This document shows, one piece after another, positions 1-18,652 of a DNA stretch of 64,000 nucleotides. The DNA comes from the human T2T-CHM13v2.0 reference genome, Homo sapiens. Numbering within the stretch: the stretch's first letter is position 1; the number at the start of each line of letters is the position of its first letter. The stretch is taken from NCBI RefSeq assembly GCF_009914755.1, contig NC_060930.1; one strand, written 5' to 3'. Position numbers and translations under genes: made by a program. The notes under the pieces are model-generated. The model saw nothing but the letters and a program-made list of their open reading frames with translations, ran no database searches and was not told the DNA's origin.

Positions 1-1164
1 CCGGGGCTGTAGGCGGCGCTTGCGGGCCAGCTAGAGTTCCAGGTGGGCGTGGGCTTGGTGGGCCCCGCACTCGGAGCAGCCAGCCGGCCCTGCCGGCCCC
101 AGGCAATGAGGGGCTTAGCACCAGGGCCAGCGGCTGCAGAGGGTGTACTGGGTCCCCCAGCAGTGCCAACCCACCGGCGCTATGCTCGATTTCTCACCGG
201 GCCTTAGCTACCTCCCCGCGGGGCAGGGCTGTACCTGCAGCCCACCATGCCTGAGCCTCCCACCCTCTCCATGGGCTCCTGCGCGGCCCCAGCCTCCCCG
301 ATGAGCGCCGCCCCCTGCTCCACAGCACCCAGTCCCATCAACCACCCAAGGGCTGAGGAGTGCGGGCGCAGGGCGTGGGACTGGCAGGCAGCTCCACCTG
401 CAGCCCCGGTACAGGATCCACTGGGTGAAGCCAGCTAGGCTCCTGAGTCTGGTGGGGACGTGGAGAACCTTTATGTCTAGCCCAGGGATTGCAAATACAC
501 CAATCGGCACTCTGTATCTAGCCCAAGGTTTGTAAACACACCAATCAGCACCCTGTGTCTAGCTCACGGTTTGTGAATGCACCAATCAACACTGTATCTA
601 GCTACTCTGGTGGGGCCTTGGAGAACCTTTGTGTCGACACTCTGTATCTAGTTAATCTGGTGGGGACGTGGAGAACCTTTGTCTAGCTCAGGGATTGTAA
701 ACGCACCAATCAGCACCCTGTCAAAACAGACCACTAGGCTCTACCAATCAGCAGGATGTGGGTGGGGCCAGATAAGAGAATAAAAGCAGGCTGCCTGAGC
801 CAGCAGTGGTAACCCACGACAGTTCTCTTCCACGCCGTGGAAGCTTTATTTTTTCGCTCTTTGGGTCCACACTGTTTTTATTGAGCTGTAACACCATGAA
901 GGTTTGTAGCTTCACTTAAGCCAGCGTAGACCATGAGCCCCCTGGGAGGAACAAACAACTCTGGATGCGCTGCCTTGAAGAGTTCTTAACACTCACTGTG
1001 AAGGTCTGCAGCTTCACTCCTGAGCTAGTGAGACGACGAACACATCCGTAACAGCAGAAACAAACTCTGGATGCACCACCTTAAGAGCTGTACCACTCAC
1101 TTCGAGGGTCTGTGGCTTCATTCTTGAAGTCAGTGAGACCAAGAATCCACCAATTCCAGACACA
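1..1164 (+). mobile_element. LTR12 (ERV9-type) LTR, 5' end outside the window
   Basis: GC-rich U3, repeated ACCAATCAGC / CTCTGTATCTAGC units (500-750), AATAAA at ~779, typical end CCAATTCCAGACACA. Confidence 0.88.
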
Positions 1165-2660
1165 TAGATCCTATTGCTCTAGGCAACGCTTATGCTGATG
1201 AGGTGGCTAGACAAGCAGCTAGCATTCCAACTTCTGTCTGTCATGGCCAGTTTTTCCCCCTACACGTTGGTCACTCCCACTTACTCCCCCGCTGAAACTT
1301 CCACCATATCAATCTCTTCCCACACAAGGCAAATGGTTCTTAGGCCAAGGAAAATATCTCCTTCCAGCCTTACAGGCCCATTCTATTCTGTCATCATTTC
1401 ATAACCTTCCATGTAGGTTACAAGCCGCTAGCCCGTCTCTCAGAACCTCTCGTTTCCTTTCCATCATGGAAATCTATCCTCAAGGAAATAACTTCTCAGT
1501 GTTCTATCTGCTATTCTACTCAGGGATTGTTCAGGCCCCCTCCCTTCCCTACACATCAAGCTCGGGGATTTGCCCCTGCCCAGGACTGGCAAATTGACTT
1601 TACTCACATACCCTGAGTCAGAAAACTAAAATACCTCTTGGTCTGGGTAGACACTTTCACTGGATGGGTAGAAGCCTTTCCCACAGGGTCTGAGAAGGCC
1701 ACCGCGGTCATTTCTTCCCTTCTGTCAGACATAATTCCTCGGTTTGGCCTTCCCACCTCTATACAGTCTGATAACGGACCAGCCTTTATTAGTCAAATCA
1801 CCCAAGCAGGTTTTCAGGCTCTTAGTATTCAGTGAAACCTTCGTATCCGTCACCGTCCTCAATCTTCAGGAAAGGTAGAACAGACTAATGGTCTTTTAAA
1901 AACAGAACTCACCAAGCTCAGCCACCAACTTAAAAAGGACTGGACAATACTTTCACCACTTTCCCTTCTCAGAAGTCAGACCTGTCCTCGGAATGCTACA
2001 GGGTACAGCACATTTAAGCTCCTGTATAGACGCTCCTTTTTATTAGGCCCCAGTCTCATTCCAGACACCAGACCAACTTGGACTGCACCCCAAAAAACTT
2101 GTCATCCCTACTATCTTCTGTCTAGTCATACTCCTATTCACCGTTCTCAACTACTCATAAATGCTCTGCTCTTGTTTACACTGCCCTTTTTCACTGTTTC
2201 TCCAAGCCATCACAGCTGATATCTCCTGGTGCTATCCCGAAACTGCCACTCTTAACTCCCTGTTAAAGTAAATAAATAATCTTTGCTGGCAGGACTATGC
2301 TGAACCTCCTTAGGCACTCTCTAATTGGATGTCCAGGGTCCTCCCAATTCTTAGTCCTTTAATACCTGTTTTTCTCCTTCTTATTCCGTTCTTTTTTCAA
2401 TTCATATAAAACCGTATCCAGGCCATCACCAATAATTCTATACGACAAATGTTTCTTCTAACAACCACACAATATCACCCCTTACCACAAAATCTTCCTT
2501 CAGCTTAATCTCTCCCATGCTAGGTTCCCACGCCACCCCTAATCCCAGCCCTGAGAAACATCGCCCATTATCTCTCCATACCACCCCCAAAAATTTTCAC
2601 CACCCCAACACTTTGCCACTATTTCATTTTATTTTTCTTATTAATATAAGAAGACAGGAA
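1165..2660 (+). mobile_element. HERV-H internal region (degenerate RNase H/integrase and 3' region)
   Basis: ORF 1638-1835 ([14 protein letters not shown]...IQSDNGPAF) is an integrase core with the first two DDE aspartates; purine tract AAGAAGACAGGAA immediately precedes the LTR. Confidence 0.88.
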
Positions 2661-3457
<797 letters not shown>

Positions 3458-3596
3458 CAAGGAAATAATTTAATACCAATCAATGAAGGCCTTTTTCTGA
3501 TGAAAAGCTCTTTCAAGAATGTTTACGTGGAGCCACAGACTTTTCCTGGTTGTAAAGAACCTAAAGGTTGTATATTTAAAAATTAAAAGATATTCC

Positions 3597-3900
3597 AGCT
3601 GGGTGTGGTGGCTCATGCCTGTAATGCCAGCACTTTGGAAGGCCGAGGCGGGTGGATCATGAGGTCAGAAGATCGAGACCATCCTGGCTAACACAGTGAA
3701 ACCCCATCTCCACTAAAAATACAAAAAATTAGCCAGGTGTGGTGGCGGGTGTCTGTAGTCCCAGCTACTCAGGAGGCTGAGTCAGGAGAATGGCGTGAAC
3801 CTGGGAGGCGGAGCTTGCTGTGAGCCAAGATCGCGCCACTGCATTCCAGCCTGGGCGACAGATCGAGACTCAGTCTCGGAAAAAAAAAAAAAAAAAAAAA
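3597..3900 (+). mobile_element. Alu (AluY-like)
   Basis: Dimeric Alu with GAGAATGGCGTGAACC and an A-tail. Confidence 0.9.
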
Positions 3901-4289
3901 TTAAAAGATAGTCCAAGATTATCATGGTTTCTCTATGCAGAATCCCTGATGGGAAGTTATACAGCCTATCCCTGAACACCTCCCTTGACAAGGTGCTCCT
4001 ACAGAGCCAGTGATTGCACACATATGTGACAAGTAATTTACATGTGCATTTCATTTAATCCTCATAATAATTGCCTTCTGAAGTGGCTACCATGATCACC
4101 ATTTTTTGGACAAAGAAGGTATGGCTCAGAGAGATTAAAATCCTTGCCCAAGGCCATACAACTAGGAAGGAAAAAAAATAACTTACTTTAGGAACACAGG
4201 TTCATCTGTTCCAGAGGCTGTGCTGTTTCCACTCTGGGGTAGGCAGGACTCTAAGGTGGCCCAAGATTCACCTGGCTCGTGGTATATAC

Positions 4290-4878
4290 TGTTGGCAAAA
4301 TGAGTCAAACTCTGTAAAATATTCGAAGAGGTTTATTCTGAGCCAAATATGAGTGACTAATGGCCCATGATACCGTCCTCAGGAGGTCTTGAGAACATGG
4401 GCCCAAGGTGGTCAGGGTCCAGTTTGCTTTTATACATTTTAGGGACACAGAAGGCGTCGATCAATACATATAAGATATACATTGGTTTGGTCTGGAAGGG
4501 TAGGACAACTGGAAGGAGGGGGGCTTCCAAGTCATAGATAGATTCAAAGGTTTTCTGACTGACAATATGTAGAAAGAGTTATCAATAGAATGCCTGGGTT
4601 ATGATAAGGGATTGTGGAGACCAAGGTTTTGTCATGCAGATGAAGCCTTCAGGTAGCAGGCTTCAGAGAGAATAGATTGTAAACGTTTCTCATCAGACTT
4701 TAAGAGTCTGTTCTATCAGCATTTCCAAACGGGAGGAGGGAATGCAGAGACATGTCCAGCTCCCACTTCCCATCATTGCCTGAATGAGTTTTTCAGGTTA
4801 ACTTTGAATGACCTTGGCTGAGAGGAGGGTTCCATTCAGATGGTTGGGGGGGCCTTAGAATTTTATTTTTGTTTTACA
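4290..4878 (-). mobile_element. MER4-group ERV1 solo LTR, inserted in an older MaLR (MLT1-like) LTR spanning ~4235-5400
   Basis: TG...CA termini; minus strand begins TGTAAAACAAAAATAAAATTCTAAG; flanks resemble MLT1. Confidence 0.7.
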
Positions 4879-6229
4879 ACACTCACCTTTTCCCGGTTGT
4901 TCAATCAAGCATAAATCTAGGTACTGCTGTGACAGGATTTTGCAGGTGCAATTAAGTTTCCAAGTCAGTTGACCTTAAGATAGAGAGATGATCTCATTGG
5001 CCTCCCCTAATCACATGAGCCCTTTTGAAGAAGAAGATTTCTCCACCCATTGACAGACAGGATATTCGAGTTTGGAAGCAGTAGAGACCCCCTCCTGATG
5101 ACCTTGAAGGATCCGATAGCCTGCTATGGAGAGGGCCATGTGGCAGGGAACAGAAGGCAGCCCCCAGGAGCAGGAAGCAGCCTCTGCTCAAAGGCCAGCA
5201 AGAAAACGGGAACCTCGGCCTATGACCGTGAGGACCTGGCCCCTGCTGAGCACGTGAGCAAGCATGGGAGAGGCCCCTGAGCTCCTGATGAGTGCAGCCC
5301 TCCCAGACCTGCTGGACTCCCAAGCAACGGAAACTGTAAGGTGATCCTGGTGCGTTAAGCTGCTGACTTTGTGGTAACCTGTTAAAATAGCAAACTGGTA
5401 GACGAGTTCTTCTTTGATGAGTGATGTAGGTCAGGTGCCCCAAAGCACGCCTTGAGGCTAGGATCTGAGTGGAAGGTGATGAGGGCAGTGTCTGTCCTGG
5501 GAAGCGTTGGAAGTGCTGTGGGGAACAGAGCCAGGAAAGAGAAGGAAGCCAAGGGGCTGCCTCAGAACAGGTCACTGCTGCAGGTGGCAAGGGTTCAACC
5601 CAGGGGCATCTGTCAGAGACCAGGCAGAACTTCACTCTGCGTCGCCCCACCTGAGTGGAGGGGAGCTGGCTACTTAGCCTCCAGAAAGAGGTTTACCTTG
5701 CTGCACAAGTGACCCCTGGGGCAGGTCACAGTTTTTTTCAGTAAGAAGCCATCAGCAGGTCTGAGAAAAACAATGGCCAAAGGCACAGGGTGGGTCCAAC
5801 AGTGTCTGCTACAAAGAATTTTGATGGGAAAGTCCTTGTATCCACTGACAGTGGCCTTCAGCCATTGGACCTGCTGTGTCCCCTTAGCTGACCCGTCTGT
5901 CTTCTGCAGCTGCCATTCAGATTCCTGTCATTTTCATGCTGCAGCAGTGCTCTCCTCACTAGCTAAGCATTTCTAGTCCCTCTCTGGACCCACCATGAAG
6001 CAGGATTTTAAATACTTTGTAATCTAGAGAGGCACTGGACTCAGAGCTGAATGCAAAGGCCAGAGATGCTCTCACTCATTTAGTTGTTCTTGTCTGAAGG
6101 CTGGGATGATGCAGGTCTGATTACGTCACCGCTGGAGAGCCTCATCACACTGGTGACTCACAGGAAGCTGTCCTGGTTCTTTGTGCAGCTGCTGAAGAAC
6201 ATTTCACTTTCCCCGCCCCACTCCTCTCA

Positions 6230-6861
<632 letters not shown>

Positions 6862-6865
6862 CTAA

Positions 6866-7315
<450 letters not shown>

Positions 7316-7544
7316 TAATAAAGTTAGAATTAAGTTTAGCAAATCTGAGGCCATTGACTGAGGAAGAGGATAGGGTTAGAAAACTTAATTGGTTTTGAAA
7401 TACATACATTTATAAGAGGCATTCTCTTTATACTCAAGTACAATTAAACAGGCAAGGTGAAGGCAGTGTGACCAGGAGAGAAGTTGGCCTCAGCATCTGT
7501 CTAGCTCTGGTCATAACCTGTGCTTTTGGCTCCTGGCTCTTTAT

Positions 7545-7838
7545 GTGTGTTTGTATGTATGTATGTATGTATGTATGTATGTATTTTTGAGACAGAGTCT
7601 CGCTCTGTCGCCCATACTGGAGTGCAGTGGCGCAGTGGCACGATCTCAGCTCACTGCAAGCTCCGCCTCCCGGGTTCACGCCATTCTCCTGCCTCAGCCT
7701 CCCGAGTAGGTGGGGATACAGGCACCCGCCACCACGCCCAGCTAATTTTTTGTATTTTTTGTAGAGATGGGGTTTCACCGTATTAGCCAAGATGGTCTCA
7801 ATCTCCTGACCTTGTGATCCACCCGCCTCGGCCTCCCA
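7545..7838 (-). mobile_element. Alu (AluY-like) with (TACA)n tail
   Basis: TGCAAGCTCCGCCTCCCGGGTTCACGCC signature; (TATG)n at 7553-7584. Confidence 0.88.
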
Positions 7839-8147
7839 AGGCCCCTGGCTCTTTGAAGTCCTTTCAAGTTGCCTATAGCCTATGAAGCCTGGCTTGAAGC
7901 TTTTCCTTGCTCTTTCTTCCTTCCAGTCTGAGGCTGCTCTGCAATGGGAGGGCTGCAGCAGCCCTCTGCAGGCTGGCGTTGATCTGTGAGCCATGACCGC
8001 CCATGGACTGCATGGAGCTAGGCCAGGACTCAGGGCTGCCGTGGACACAGTGTCACCTTGGCACTGAACACTAAGAACTGTGCTTCGCAGGGCTGTTAGG
8101 AAGAAGGTGTGTCATTTGGCCAGTTCCCAGTGATCATGACTACATAC

Positions 8148-8258
8148 CGAACACGAAGTTGTCTGGCCTGTAGATCTGGCCGAAGGGTCCAGACCTGATG
8201 GAGTCTGTAGTTCCAGGCTCCAGATCCACCAGGATGGCCCAAGGTACATATTTGTTAC
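8148..8258 (-). pseudogene. TUBB2BP1: Pseudogene exon 3 (111 nt)
   Basis: Encodes [36 protein letters not shown]; AG/GT borders; same length as TUBB2B exon 3. Confidence 0.95.
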
Positions 8259-8381
8259 CTGCCGGGAATGAGAACTGACTTAGACCTGGGCTCCGGGAGA
8301 GAGTCAGAGTAGCATTCAATTCCAGTATCTGAGACAAAAGGAAAAGAGGATGTTTTCTGCTTTTAAGAAAAAGGAGGTCCT

Positions 8382-8811
<430 letters not shown>

Positions 8812-8814
8812 CTA

Positions 8815-9027
<213 letters not shown>

Positions 9028-9359
9028 TCAGACAGTTAGTAAGTGCTAGACAGAGAGCAAAGAGCTGCACCCCCTATTTCCTGCAGCAGCCGCTGCTGAG
9101 GGGCTTGAAAATCCGCAGAGCATCGGCCATATTATGGGGATAGACTGAAAGGCTGGGAGGGGCCCTGGAGGAGGAGGGGACACAGCAGATGCCCTTCTAG
9201 GGAGAGGGTGGGGAGAGTAGAGAAGTGGAGAAGGGGTACAGGGAGGCTGTGTCACCCCAGGCAGGGCTGAATGCCATTGCATCCGGGATGATTGATGGGT
9301 CGTGGCAGGACCAAGGACAGGGGGACCCACTCTGTGGCTGCCTCCAGGGATCAAGCTCT

Positions 9360-9417
9360 CTTGGCACAGATCCCAGGCACTCCTGCAACAGTGCAGGTTT
9401 AAGCCACCGATCTACAT
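9360..9417 (-). pseudogene. Probable decayed exon 1 of the pseudogene
   Basis: Minus strand reads GCCAGC-ATG-TAG-ATC...GATCTGTGCCAAG (58 nt), versus ATGCGTGAGATC...CAGATCGGCGCCAAG (57 nt) in TUBB2B; donor GT lost; the middle does not align well. Confidence 0.5.
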
Positions 9418-9984
9418 GCTGGCACTGACCACCGGAGGGACTGGGCGAAGGGCAGCAGGAGCCTGGGAGGGCACCTGGGCGGCAGTGGAAGGAGCTGGCC
9501 ATCGTGAGGGCGCTGGCTGCATTGTGAATTTGCAGTAGGGAGGGGGTGAGGGAGTTGGGTGGGCAACATGGCGGTTCTCAAAGAGACCACGTCCTTGTAC
9601 AGGTGCCCACCCCGACCCATGCACCAGACCCGCTGCTGCCTCCCCTGCTGGGGTTTGTAATATAATTATAGCCTCCACCCAGTGCTGTCACCTGCTGCCT
9701 TGGGGGTGGGCAGCAAGAGCATCATGGTATATGTCATCATGTCTAGACAGTGCCTGAGCAGGGCAATTTATCTGACACCCTCGCCTGTGGGCATCAGATG
9801 ACCCTATGGACAGATAAACACAAATCCAAGCTGAGAGTAATGGCACCTGACTGGACTTGCAACTCTTCAGGAGGGTGAAATGGGAGAGTTGCTTGAGCCC
9901 AGGAGTTCAAATCTAGCCTGGGCAACACGGTGAGACCCTGTCTCTTAAAAAAATGGAAATCCAGACTTAGATAAAAAGAAACTA

Positions 9985-10265
9985 GGGTGGGCGCGGTGGG
10001 TCACGCCTGTAATCCCAGCATTTTGGGAGGCCAAGGCAGGAGGATCACCTGAGGTCGGGAGTTTGAGACCAGCCTGACCAACATGGAGAAACCCCGTCTC
10101 TACTAAAAATACAAAATTAGCTGAGTGTGGTGGCGCATGCTTGTAATCCCAGCTACTCAGGAGGCTGAGGCAGAGAATCACTTGAACCCGGGAGGCGGAG
10201 ATTGTGGTGAGCCGAGATCACACCATTGCACTGCAGCCTGGGCAACAAGAGCAAAACTCTGTCTC

Positions 10266-10298
<33 letters not shown>

Positions 10299-10310
10299 GG
10301 AAAAAAGAAA
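9985..10310 (+). mobile_element. Alu (AluSp-like)
   Basis: Dimeric Alu with an A/GAAAA tail. Confidence 0.9.
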
Positions 10311-10701
10311 CTAATCAAAAAGCCTATTGAAATAAAGAGAATGCTCTGGTTTTATTAACCTGTGTCAATCCAAAATCAACTAGATAAAGCTTTTCTTTAG
10401 TAGGGTGGGGTATACAGGACTTGCAGAAGCTTTGTTATGGAGGAGGGCAAGTGGATGGGTAGACAGGTGGCAAAATCAGGTCTTTTCAACAGGAAATATT
10501 TTCCTCTACACTAAGCTGATTGTGCAACTGAGCCTTTCAGGAAGACAGTGCACCTCTGAGTGCTTGCGTGAAAGGCAACATTTAGGGATTTATGGGTAAA
10601 AGCCCAATTGAAGTTTGGTCAAGCCAAAGTCGTTGGTAAAAAATTGGCAACTGTGAGCCTGTGGTTATTCTCTCATTGTTTCTGACACACAAAATCTGTC
10701 C

Positions 10702-11637
10702 TTCAATGCTATTAGGGATGGAATAGCCTTCACTGTATTCAATGGTATTAGGGATGGAATAACCTTCACTGTATTCAATGCTGTTAGGGATGGAATAGCC
10801 TTCACTGTATTCAATGCTACTAGGGATGGAATAACCTTCACTGTATTCAATGCTATTAGGGATGGAATAACCTTCACTGTATTCAATGCTATTAGGGATG
10901 GAATAACCTTCACTGTATTCAATGCTATTAGGGATGGAATAGCTGTCACTGTATTCAATGCTGCTAGGGATGGAATAGCCTTCACTGTATTCAATGCTAC
11001 TAGGGATGGAATAGCCTTCACTGTATTCAATGCTACTAGGGATGGAATAACCTTCACTGTATTCAATGCTATTAGGGATGGAAAAACCTTCACTGTATTC
11101 AATGCTATTAGGGATGGAATAGCTGTCACTGTATTCAATGCTGCTAGGGATGGAATAGCCTTCACTGTATTCAATGCTACTAGGGATGGAATAACCTTCA
11201 CTGTATTCAGTGCTATTAGGGATGGAATAGCCGTCACTGTATTCAATGCTATTAGGGATGGAATAGCTGTCACTGTATTCAATGCTATTAGGGATGGAAT
11301 AGCTGTCACTGTATTCAATGCTGCTAGGGATGGAATAGCCTTCACTGTATTCAATGCTACTAGGGATGGAATAACCTTCACTGTATTCAGTGCTATTAGG
11401 GATGGAATAGCCGTCACTGTATTCAATGCTATTAGGGATGGAATAGCTGTCACTGTATTCAATGCTGCTAGGGATGGAATAGCCTTCACTGTATTCAATG
11501 CTACTAGGGATGGAATAACCTTCACTGTATTCAGTGCTATTAGGGATGGAATAGCCGTCACTGTATTCAATGCTATTAGGGATGGAATAAGCTTCACTGT
11601 ATTCAATGCTATTAGGGATGGAATAACCTTCACTGTA
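10702..11637. repeat. Minisatellite, 26 x 36 bp (TTCAATGCTATTAGGGATGGAATARCCTTCACTGTA)
   Basis: 936 bp equals exactly 26 head-to-tail units with no indels and no spacers. Confidence 0.97.
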
Positions 11638-11814
11638 AGGTTGAGGCGGGTTCAATTAGGTCTCAGGGGTGCGCTGGCCTTCATGTTCTCAATGGCCCGG
11701 AAGATCTAGCTGTGTCATCTGCTGACTGTGTTCTAGAATGACAGGTGTTAGAGTCTTAGAGATCAGCATTCAAGAGAGGTATACCTAGCATATGTTTAAA
11801 ATAATAATTATTAA

Positions 11815-12327
<513 letters not shown>

Positions 12328-14311
12328 TTAAAGGTTAAATTAGACAGCAACCAAGATTTGAGGTTTGAAGGAAGCTAGCCTAAAAGGCCTTGAGACGTTG
12401 GGCCTGGAGTGTCCTTAAACGGAAGTATAAGGACAATGGTGGCAATTCAATGCATTTCCTGGTTTGCAGTCTGAATATTTTTGGTGACGGCATAGACATC
12501 AGAGAGGTCTGTGGAAACATATGCACATCAATCACTTCTGACTGCACAATCCCAAGTGCCCTGTGGGAAGCTAGGATCATGTCCTATGCCAGCCAATTGT
12601 TGTGGGCCACTCACTGGATTTCTTTAATTCTCTGGTGATGATGTTAGTGTCTTTGGTAAGACTGTCCACAGTTCTGGTTGTTTCCTGAAACAGAGCATGG
12701 AGAATGTGGGAGCCTGGGTGAACTAACTGAGTGGCCCACTACAGCAGCTCCAGACACAAAGCTTGTCCATCCACAACCTACAGCAGCATGAAGCCTTTCC
12801 AGTGTCCTTCGAACCTCTTAGCCTCTTGTTCTACGGCTTCTTGGGATCCTGATGAGGAAGGAAGGTCACAGTCTCTTTCTGGGGCTGAGATTCAGTGCCT
12901 TGGCTTGTAGATGTAAAGTTTTTGTAGATCTTTTGGATTGTCTAGTGCCTGAAAAATTTAAATCCATGATAATCTATTAGTAGTTAAGACAAGAAGAGAA
13001 GGCGGGCTAATTAAAGATTTGAAAAGCACTAAGAGGATTAGCTAAATAACAGGATCTATTCCAACCAGCAGGCATGCTTTTTCCTTTCCTGTCCAGCCCC
13101 CTTCCCATAGGAGACAATTTGTAGATCAAAGAGGTCATGTTCACTCAAAGCTTGCACTCCTGTTCTAGACCACGTTCCAAATATTATGGTGCTTGAATAT
13201 CGTTCTCAGATTGCCCTGAATCCACTTCCAATGCCTGATGAACCCTTCTCCCTGGGTCAGTCCTCCTGAGGGTAGGCCATGCCTGTCGTGTGCACCCCTA
13301 GAATCAAGAGGCACTCCAGGGGTAGCTGCCTGTGAAAATGATGGAATTTGGATGCCTAGTCTAGGACATCCACAAACATGCACCCAAACCACAGTAAAAA
13401 CTGTGAACAACAAAGCTTATGTGAGCTTCCATAACACTCCATGTGTGTTGTCATATGTTGATATTGGGAAAGTAATATGCCCTGACTCCACAAAAAAAAC
13501 TACATTTGACTCCCCTGGACTTCACTGTAGGCACTTTTCCCTTGGTTGGTTTTGATTTGTATCTTTTCCATGTAAAAAAAAATCATTACTGTAAGTATAA
13601 TAGATTTCAGTTAAGTTCTGTGACTCCTTGTAGTAAATTATCAAACCTAAAGCTGATCTTGGAGACCCTTCTATTTGCAATTGATTTCAGAAGCAACAGT
13701 GGTCTTAATGACTGGTCCCTCTGACATTACAGGTCGCCAAAACACTTCACAGTTGGTGTCATAGGTGGGATTCACTAGCCCCACCCTGACTCACTGAAAC
13801 ATGTGATTTGAGAGGAAGAAGGAGGAAAGGGCTGGGGGTGATTATGGAGGTGATGAACCTTTGATTACTGGATGGCCACAGGGTTGCCGGCGGTTTGGAA
13901 ATAATGCTGTGCTGCAATTAGTTGCTGGAGGCAGAAGTTACCAAAGGAATTTAGAAATAACGGCTCCAATTCTGAGGAGCTGGTAGTGGATATATAAGGA
14001 AATGAAAAGTAACAAGGAACAAGCTAGTACCAATCTCTTGGTTATTGTTATCTGTAATAACTAAAATAAAAGTAAGAGTATTGGGATGGATCCTAAGGCT
14101 GTCCTAAGCTTGGATTCAGGTGGGTCCAAGCTACAGCCACTAACGTCAGTGCTGCTACCAGAGGGAACAGTTAAGCAGATGCAACCAATAGCTAAGATGT
14201 GCAGGGGTATGGGGGAAGGACAGAGGAGAAAGTCAAGGGACTCATCCCAGCAGGGCAGAAATCTTCCAGTGGTTATTAATGGGATGAATACAGCAGACCT
14301 TGATGGAGTGA

Positions 14312-14697
<386 letters not shown>

Positions 14698-16495
14698 TGC
14701 GAAGGGCTTTAAATAAATCTGCTTTATTCACTTTAAACAAACTCTGCTTCATAGTTTGGAGGAATTTTAAAAGCCAGCAAGCAAGGATGACAATGAGAAA
14801 TCTGATTTTGAATCACTGAGGCAATGGTCTCACAATCTAATCAGGATGAAGATTGACAAAAGGGCCTGAGTCCCTTGGCCCCATCTTCAGCTGGGGAACT
14901 GAGGGTGTATGCATGCACGTGGGTAAATGGTCAGCAGGTGAAGAGGAGACATTTCTAGGACTCCTTGACACACGAGGCCCATGCACTGTGATTCCAAAAG
15001 CTGTTGAAGTTCTAAGGGGCTATAGTTAGATTGAGAGGATATGGGAATGAAATATTGAAGAAATTAAGTGAAAGTTTGGATGAAATTTGGAATGTCTGAA
15101 TGGACTTTATGTGAAGTGGTGGTATCTCCTTTACCTGAGTTTATTAAGGGGATGGATATTGAGTCTGACTGGGGACTGCTTCCCTCACCTAGTATTATAA
15201 AACATTAAGCATGTAAATCTACCCTTCAGCCAATATTGGCTGAACATGCCAAAAATAGGAATCAAGAAAATTACCTGAGCCCATGCAGGTTGTTAATTTT
15301 ACTAGAGTAATGATGGAGACAGATTATCTGTGCAATGTGCCTGTGTGGAGGGCAGGCTGGAACTTATGGCAGTAGCCTCTGAGAGCCACCCAGTGAGGAC
15401 TACTGGGATTTTGGACTAGGAAAATTCCATTCAAAAGGCAATTACTTACTTGCCTTCTACTGGACATTGATTGAAACTGCCCTATGACCGAAGGACATAA
15501 ACTGATCTTAAAACCTGAAATATTCAGAATGTCTTGGGCAATGCCAGAGAAACACTCTAATGGAGAAAAGAGTGCTCAGAAAAGCTCCACAGTAAAATGG
15601 AATTGGTTTATGCAGGATCATGGTACCAGGGGAATGCAAGGAGGAGATACTTGTGAGCAAGGAGCCTCTTCTCCCCTAGCATTCACTTTGGAACCACCCG
15701 AGGAGCTGCTGGGCCCTATAACCAGTTGAGTGTTACCCTATGAACAACTTTTATTGATCAACAAAGAGCTACTTGGTTTATGGATGGCGGTTCCAATGTG
15801 AGCAGACAGCATCCTATTTGGAAGGCGCCATTCTGATTGAACAAGGTACAAACAAATCAGCTCAGTGGGCTGAGATGCATGCCGTTTGCCCCTCTGTTTG
15901 AGTTTTTGCCGACTCATGGGCAGTAGCCAATGGCCTGGCCATAGACTAAGCCAGGTGGCAATGGAAAGCTGGCCTCTTAAAGGGATGCCCATATGGGGCA
16001 CAGCCTTGTGGAAATTACTAGGAGAATGTGAGGGCTACATTGAAGTAGGACATGTCAGCACCCATCAGAACGCCCTTCCAGGATGAGAAAGTGGTTGGAA
16101 TTGGCAAGTGGGTATCCTGTGCACTTGCTTGGGTGGCCACCTGGGTTCATGGAAGGAGTGGATGGGGGCAGTGGGGATGCTGCAGTATAGACATGGCTGA
16201 ATCCACATGTGTTCCTCTTGTGGTCTCTGAGGCACACAATACCAGCTGCTCAGTCAGCCAGCAAGAGAAGCAGAGACTGCGGATGGTGGTGGGGCAGATT
16301 CTCCAGGGCAAGGCCCTGCACGGAGCTGCCAAGTTGGTCTGATGCTGATGGTCCCTGGGGTCTACAAATGGATCCTGACAGGAACAGGCACCTGCTCTGG
16401 ACTGGCTGTTGACCAGTGGTAGATGCAGATGTTCAAAATACCGCAAAAGGACTAGAATTGAAAATATTGCCCCAATTTAGACCACTGAATCACAC

Positions 16496-17552
<1,057 letters not shown>

Positions 17553-18259
17553 TTTCTTTGGAACACACTTTAACCCTCAGAATAAAAGTTTGATAGAGAA
17601 GTGGAACAGGCAATTGAAACATGCGTTGTCTAAAACAGGGTGATAAAGGCGGGAAGGGCTGGCTCACACGCCTTCATGCACACACTCCACAAGAGGAGCC
17701 CAAGAGAGTGCACACTGGACACAGTCCTCGACTTTTCTATGGGATCTGGGGAGGCAGGGATGGGGGGATGCTAATGTGACCACACAGTTCTTCCCTATGT
17801 CACTTCACCTTCCGTTTTTCCTACCTGATGCAGCGGCTCCAGGATCATGGCAGCAATGGTAGGTGCCAGAAGGAGGGATGATCCCTAAGCAAGAAGCTAG
17901 AACCAGGCCTTTAAAGCTTTGTGTCAGAATTCCTGGGGGCCTGATGGTGTGGGCTGTGCCTTCACCGTCTGGCAAAATTGGCGTTAGTGTTGAATGCAGC
18001 TGTGTTACCTGGTTGTTGGGAGAGCTCACTAGTTCTGTGCCTGTGTGCCCCTATCCTATATAAGTGGGAAAGGACTCGGGGAGGAGTCCTTGCTTCGCCA
18101 TGCTTGCTTCTGGCAGTCTATACCGGCGCAGTGGCCAAACCTAATGTCCTTTCCAAAGATGGAAACGCTGGAAAAAATGAAATGATAAATAGAGAGAAGG
18201 GGAAAGGCAGCTAAGAGCAAAGGGATGGATAAATGGTTTATGCCATGAGGGAGATCTGA

Positions 18260-18652
<393 letters not shown>

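Noticed and set aside
4994-5650. 218-aa ORF
   Set aside because: Largely overlaps a MaLR LTR, has a non-ATG start and shows no domain similarity.
10702-11637. CRISPR-like array (36-bp repeat)
   Set aside because: Units are contiguous with no unique spacers, there are no cas genes, and the DNA is primate.
10582-11655. 357-aa and 322-aa repetitive ORFs (SIEYSEGYSIPN / ALNTVKVIPSLI repeats)
   Set aside because: They arise because the 36-bp unit is a multiple of 3 and lacks stops in two frames; the starts are TTG/GTG and there is no gene context.
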